Below are positions 56,203 through 57,711 of a DNA stretch of 57,711 nucleotides, piece after piece. The stretch covers positions 1-57,711 of the IMG/VR virus record IMGVR_UViG_3300009506_000037, one strand, 5' to 3'. The position numbers and the translations under genes are program-made. The DNA comes from a virus (taxonomy: Duplodnaviria > Caudoviricetes). The notes beneath the pieces are model-generated. The model ran no database searches, was not told where the DNA came from, and worked only from the letters and a program-made list of their open reading frames with translations. Every line of letters begins with the position of its first letter. Position 1 is the first letter of the stretch.

Positions 56203-56631
56203 ATGACCAAGCGTTACGATAAACTGTGCCGCTCAGTTACCAAGCGGCAAAAGCGAGACTGTTCGGTCGTCGCGGTAGCCATCGCCGGTCGCGTGTCCTA
56301 CCAGAAGGCGGAGGCGGCGCTGACTCAGGCCGGTAAACGCATCAATGGCGGTGCCTATGACCATGAAATCCGCAACGCCCTGATCTTTCTAGGCTGTGAG
56401 GTTACCGTGGTCCGTGACACGCACGGCTCGCCGTTCCTGAGCCAGCCCAACGATTCACGCTACACCATGTCCACCATTGGCAAGCTCTGCAAGCGCGGCT
56501 ATTACGTCGCCTTTGTTCGCGGTCACGTGGCTGCCGTGGTGAATGGCGAAGTCGAAGACTGGACCGATGGTCGACGCCATCAAGTCTACATGGCCTACAA
56601 GGTCACCGTTCCAAAGGGCTCACGCTCATAG
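56203..56631 (+). CDS. Papain/C39-like peptidase-fold protein
   Basis: DCSVVAVAIA...Y...GHVAAVVNG.VEDW (Cys-His-Asp). Confidence 0.6.
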   Translation: MTKRYDKLCRSVTKRQKRDCSVVAVAIAGRVSYQKAEAALTQAGKRINGGAYDHEIRNALIFLGCEVTVVRDTHGSPFLSQPNDSRYTMSTIGKLCKRGYYVAFVRGHVAAVVNGEVEDWTDGRRHQVYMAYKVTVPKGSRS

Positions 56632-56641
56632 GAGGCAAGCC

Positions 56642-56839
56642 ATGCACCATCCATCCAATAAACCGAACTGCGACTACCCCACCCCGGACTGGCAGCTCTT
56701 CAGCATGATGAGTGAGCTGTCACCCATCCGGCGCCAGCAGGCCAAGGCCCGTCACATGCGTCGCTGGGGTCACGTGTTCGCCACCAAGGTTCACCTGCAC
56801 CATGCAGACTACCTGCGTGAATACGAGCGCTCCCTATAG
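56642..56839 (+). CDS. Hypothetical protein
   Basis: AGGAGG RBS; its TAG overlaps HH3. Confidence 0.65.
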   Translation: MHHPSNKPNCDYPTPDWQLFSMMSELSPIRRQQAKARHMRRWGHVFATKVHLHHADYLREYERSL

Positions 56840-56900
56840 TCGAAACCGGCTCCGGCCGGTCTGCGGGATCCCGGTCCTACCCGCACTGATGAGACAGGAC
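56839..56900 (+). ncRNA. Type II hammerhead ribozyme HH3 (predicted cleavage after C56861)
   Basis: GTC-GAAA-CCGGC(TCCG)GCCGG-TC|TGCGGG..CCCGCA-CTGATGA-GAC; loop GTCCT pairs with tail AGGAC. Confidence 0.95.
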
Positions 56901-56921
56901 CCACAACATAGGAGCAACATC

Positions 56922-57230
56922 ATGGCCAACATATCTACCTCCAACCTCATCGACCAGCTGGGCGAACTGAAAGCCCAGATCGCGGACCTCGAAAACCAGA
57001 AGAAGGTCATCGAGGGACGCCTGAAGAAGAGAATCCTGCCCCATGGCGAGGGCGAGGGCGAGCTCTTCAGGGTGGTCCGTGTCATCCAGAACAACACCCG
57101 CGTCAACTGGAAGGGTATTGCCATCAAGCTGAAGGCATCCAAGCAGCTGATAGAGAGCTTCACGGAGCACCACGATGACAAGGACTTCTTCAAGGTGTCC
57201 GCCCGTCGAGGCCTCGAAAAGGTTGCGTAA
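56922..57230 (+). CDS. Conserved phage hypothetical protein
   Basis: AGGAG RBS; IDQLGELKAQIADL...EGELF...VNWK. Confidence 0.75.
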   Translation: MANISTSNLIDQLGELKAQIADLENQKKVIEGRLKKRILPHGEGEGELFRVVRVIQNNTRVNWKGIAIKLKASKQLIESFTEHHDDKDFFKVSARRGLEKVA

Positions 57231-57233
57231 TCC

Positions 57234-57296
57234 GTCGAAACCGGGCTCCGGCCCGGTCCATGGGACCTTACCTACCCATGCTGATGAGACAGGTAA
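57234..57296 (+). ncRNA. Type II hammerhead ribozyme HH4 (predicted cleavage after C57258)
   Basis: GTC-GAAA-CCGGGC(TCCG)GCCCGG-TC|CATGGG..CCCATG-CTGATGA-GAC; loop TTACCT pairs with tail AGGTAA. Confidence 0.95.
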
Positions 57297-57337
57297 AATC
57301 CTTTCAATTCAGACATTTAACTATAGCACAGGAGGCC

Positions 57338-57711
57338 ATGATGGTCACTAAAAATCGCACCATGATCAGCGATTCTGGCCATGGCTGGTTGTCGGTCCCG
57401 ATCGACGATCTGGTCAAGCTGGACATCGTCGACAAGATCACCCGGTACAGCTATATCAGCCCCACCCGGGTCTATCTCGAGGAAGACTGCGACGCCGGTA
57501 CCTACCTGCGGGCAGCTGAGGAGATCGGCTGGAAGGTCAATGTGAAGCACTCCTTCACTGGTGACCACTGGCACGGCAGGAACTGGCCCAGTTACGACTC
57601 GTACTGGGTGACCAACAAGTTCAAGGCCGGGGCAACAGTCTCGGTGCTGGACATTGCTGGTCAGCGGATCAATGCAACCGTCGTTCAAAATGGCCGCGGC
57701 TACAAGATTGA
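57338..57711 (+). CDS. Conserved phage hypothetical protein (SGHGWL...YLEEDCD motif); continues across the origin to TGA at 212-214
   Basis: AGGAGG RBS before ATG 57338; manual translation MMVTKNRTMISDSGHGWLSV...YLEEDCDAG...QYIYRPN*. Confidence 0.8.
   Translation, partial: MMVTKNRTMISDSGHGWLSVPIDDLVKLDIVDKITRYSYISPTRVYLEEDCDAGTYLRAAEEIGWKVNVKHSFTGDHWHGRNWPSYDSYWVTNKFKAGATVSVLDIAGQRINATVVQNGRGYKI
57568..57711. repeat. Terminal direct repeat (copy 2)
   Basis: Identical to 1-144. Confidence 0.95.

Noticed and set aside
55555-57296. Repeated GTCGAAAC...CTGATGAGAC elements as a CRISPR array or integron attC sites
   Set aside because: Spacing is 400-700 nt with genes between; there are no cas or integrase genes; the conserved residues are exactly the hammerhead catalytic core

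Overview
This window looks like a complete, circularly permuted dsDNA phage genome of about 57,567 bp (bases 1-144 repeat exactly at 57568-57711), probably a podovirus of a proteobacterial host. It has three parts: (i) a + strand early region of small hypothetical genes crossing the origin (about 55.3 kb to 3.7 kb); (ii) divergent middle operons with RusA-like resolvase, adenine MTase, SF2 helicase, Cro-like HTH, HNH, RecT/YqaJ, MazG-like, dATP/dGTP pyrophosphatase, ThyX and SSB; (iii) a long - strand late operon with TerS, lysis cassette, TerL, portal, scaffold, capsid, tail/ejection proteins and a 3006-aa polyvalent protein. I recognised no integrase, DNA polymerase or primase. The standout feature is the RNA layer. 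Six type II hammerhead ribozymes punctuate the early operon. Each lies upstream of an RBS, five sit at or within 3 nt of the upstream stop codon, and each has its own co-varying loop I/3'-tail pseudoknot. There is also an ~800-nt ORF-free structured RNA (GOLLD-like candidate) containing a degenerate tRNA, several 120-160-nt RNA elements closed by long stems, and a palindromic operator shared by most promoters. All protein calls come from motif recognition by eye; no database search was run.
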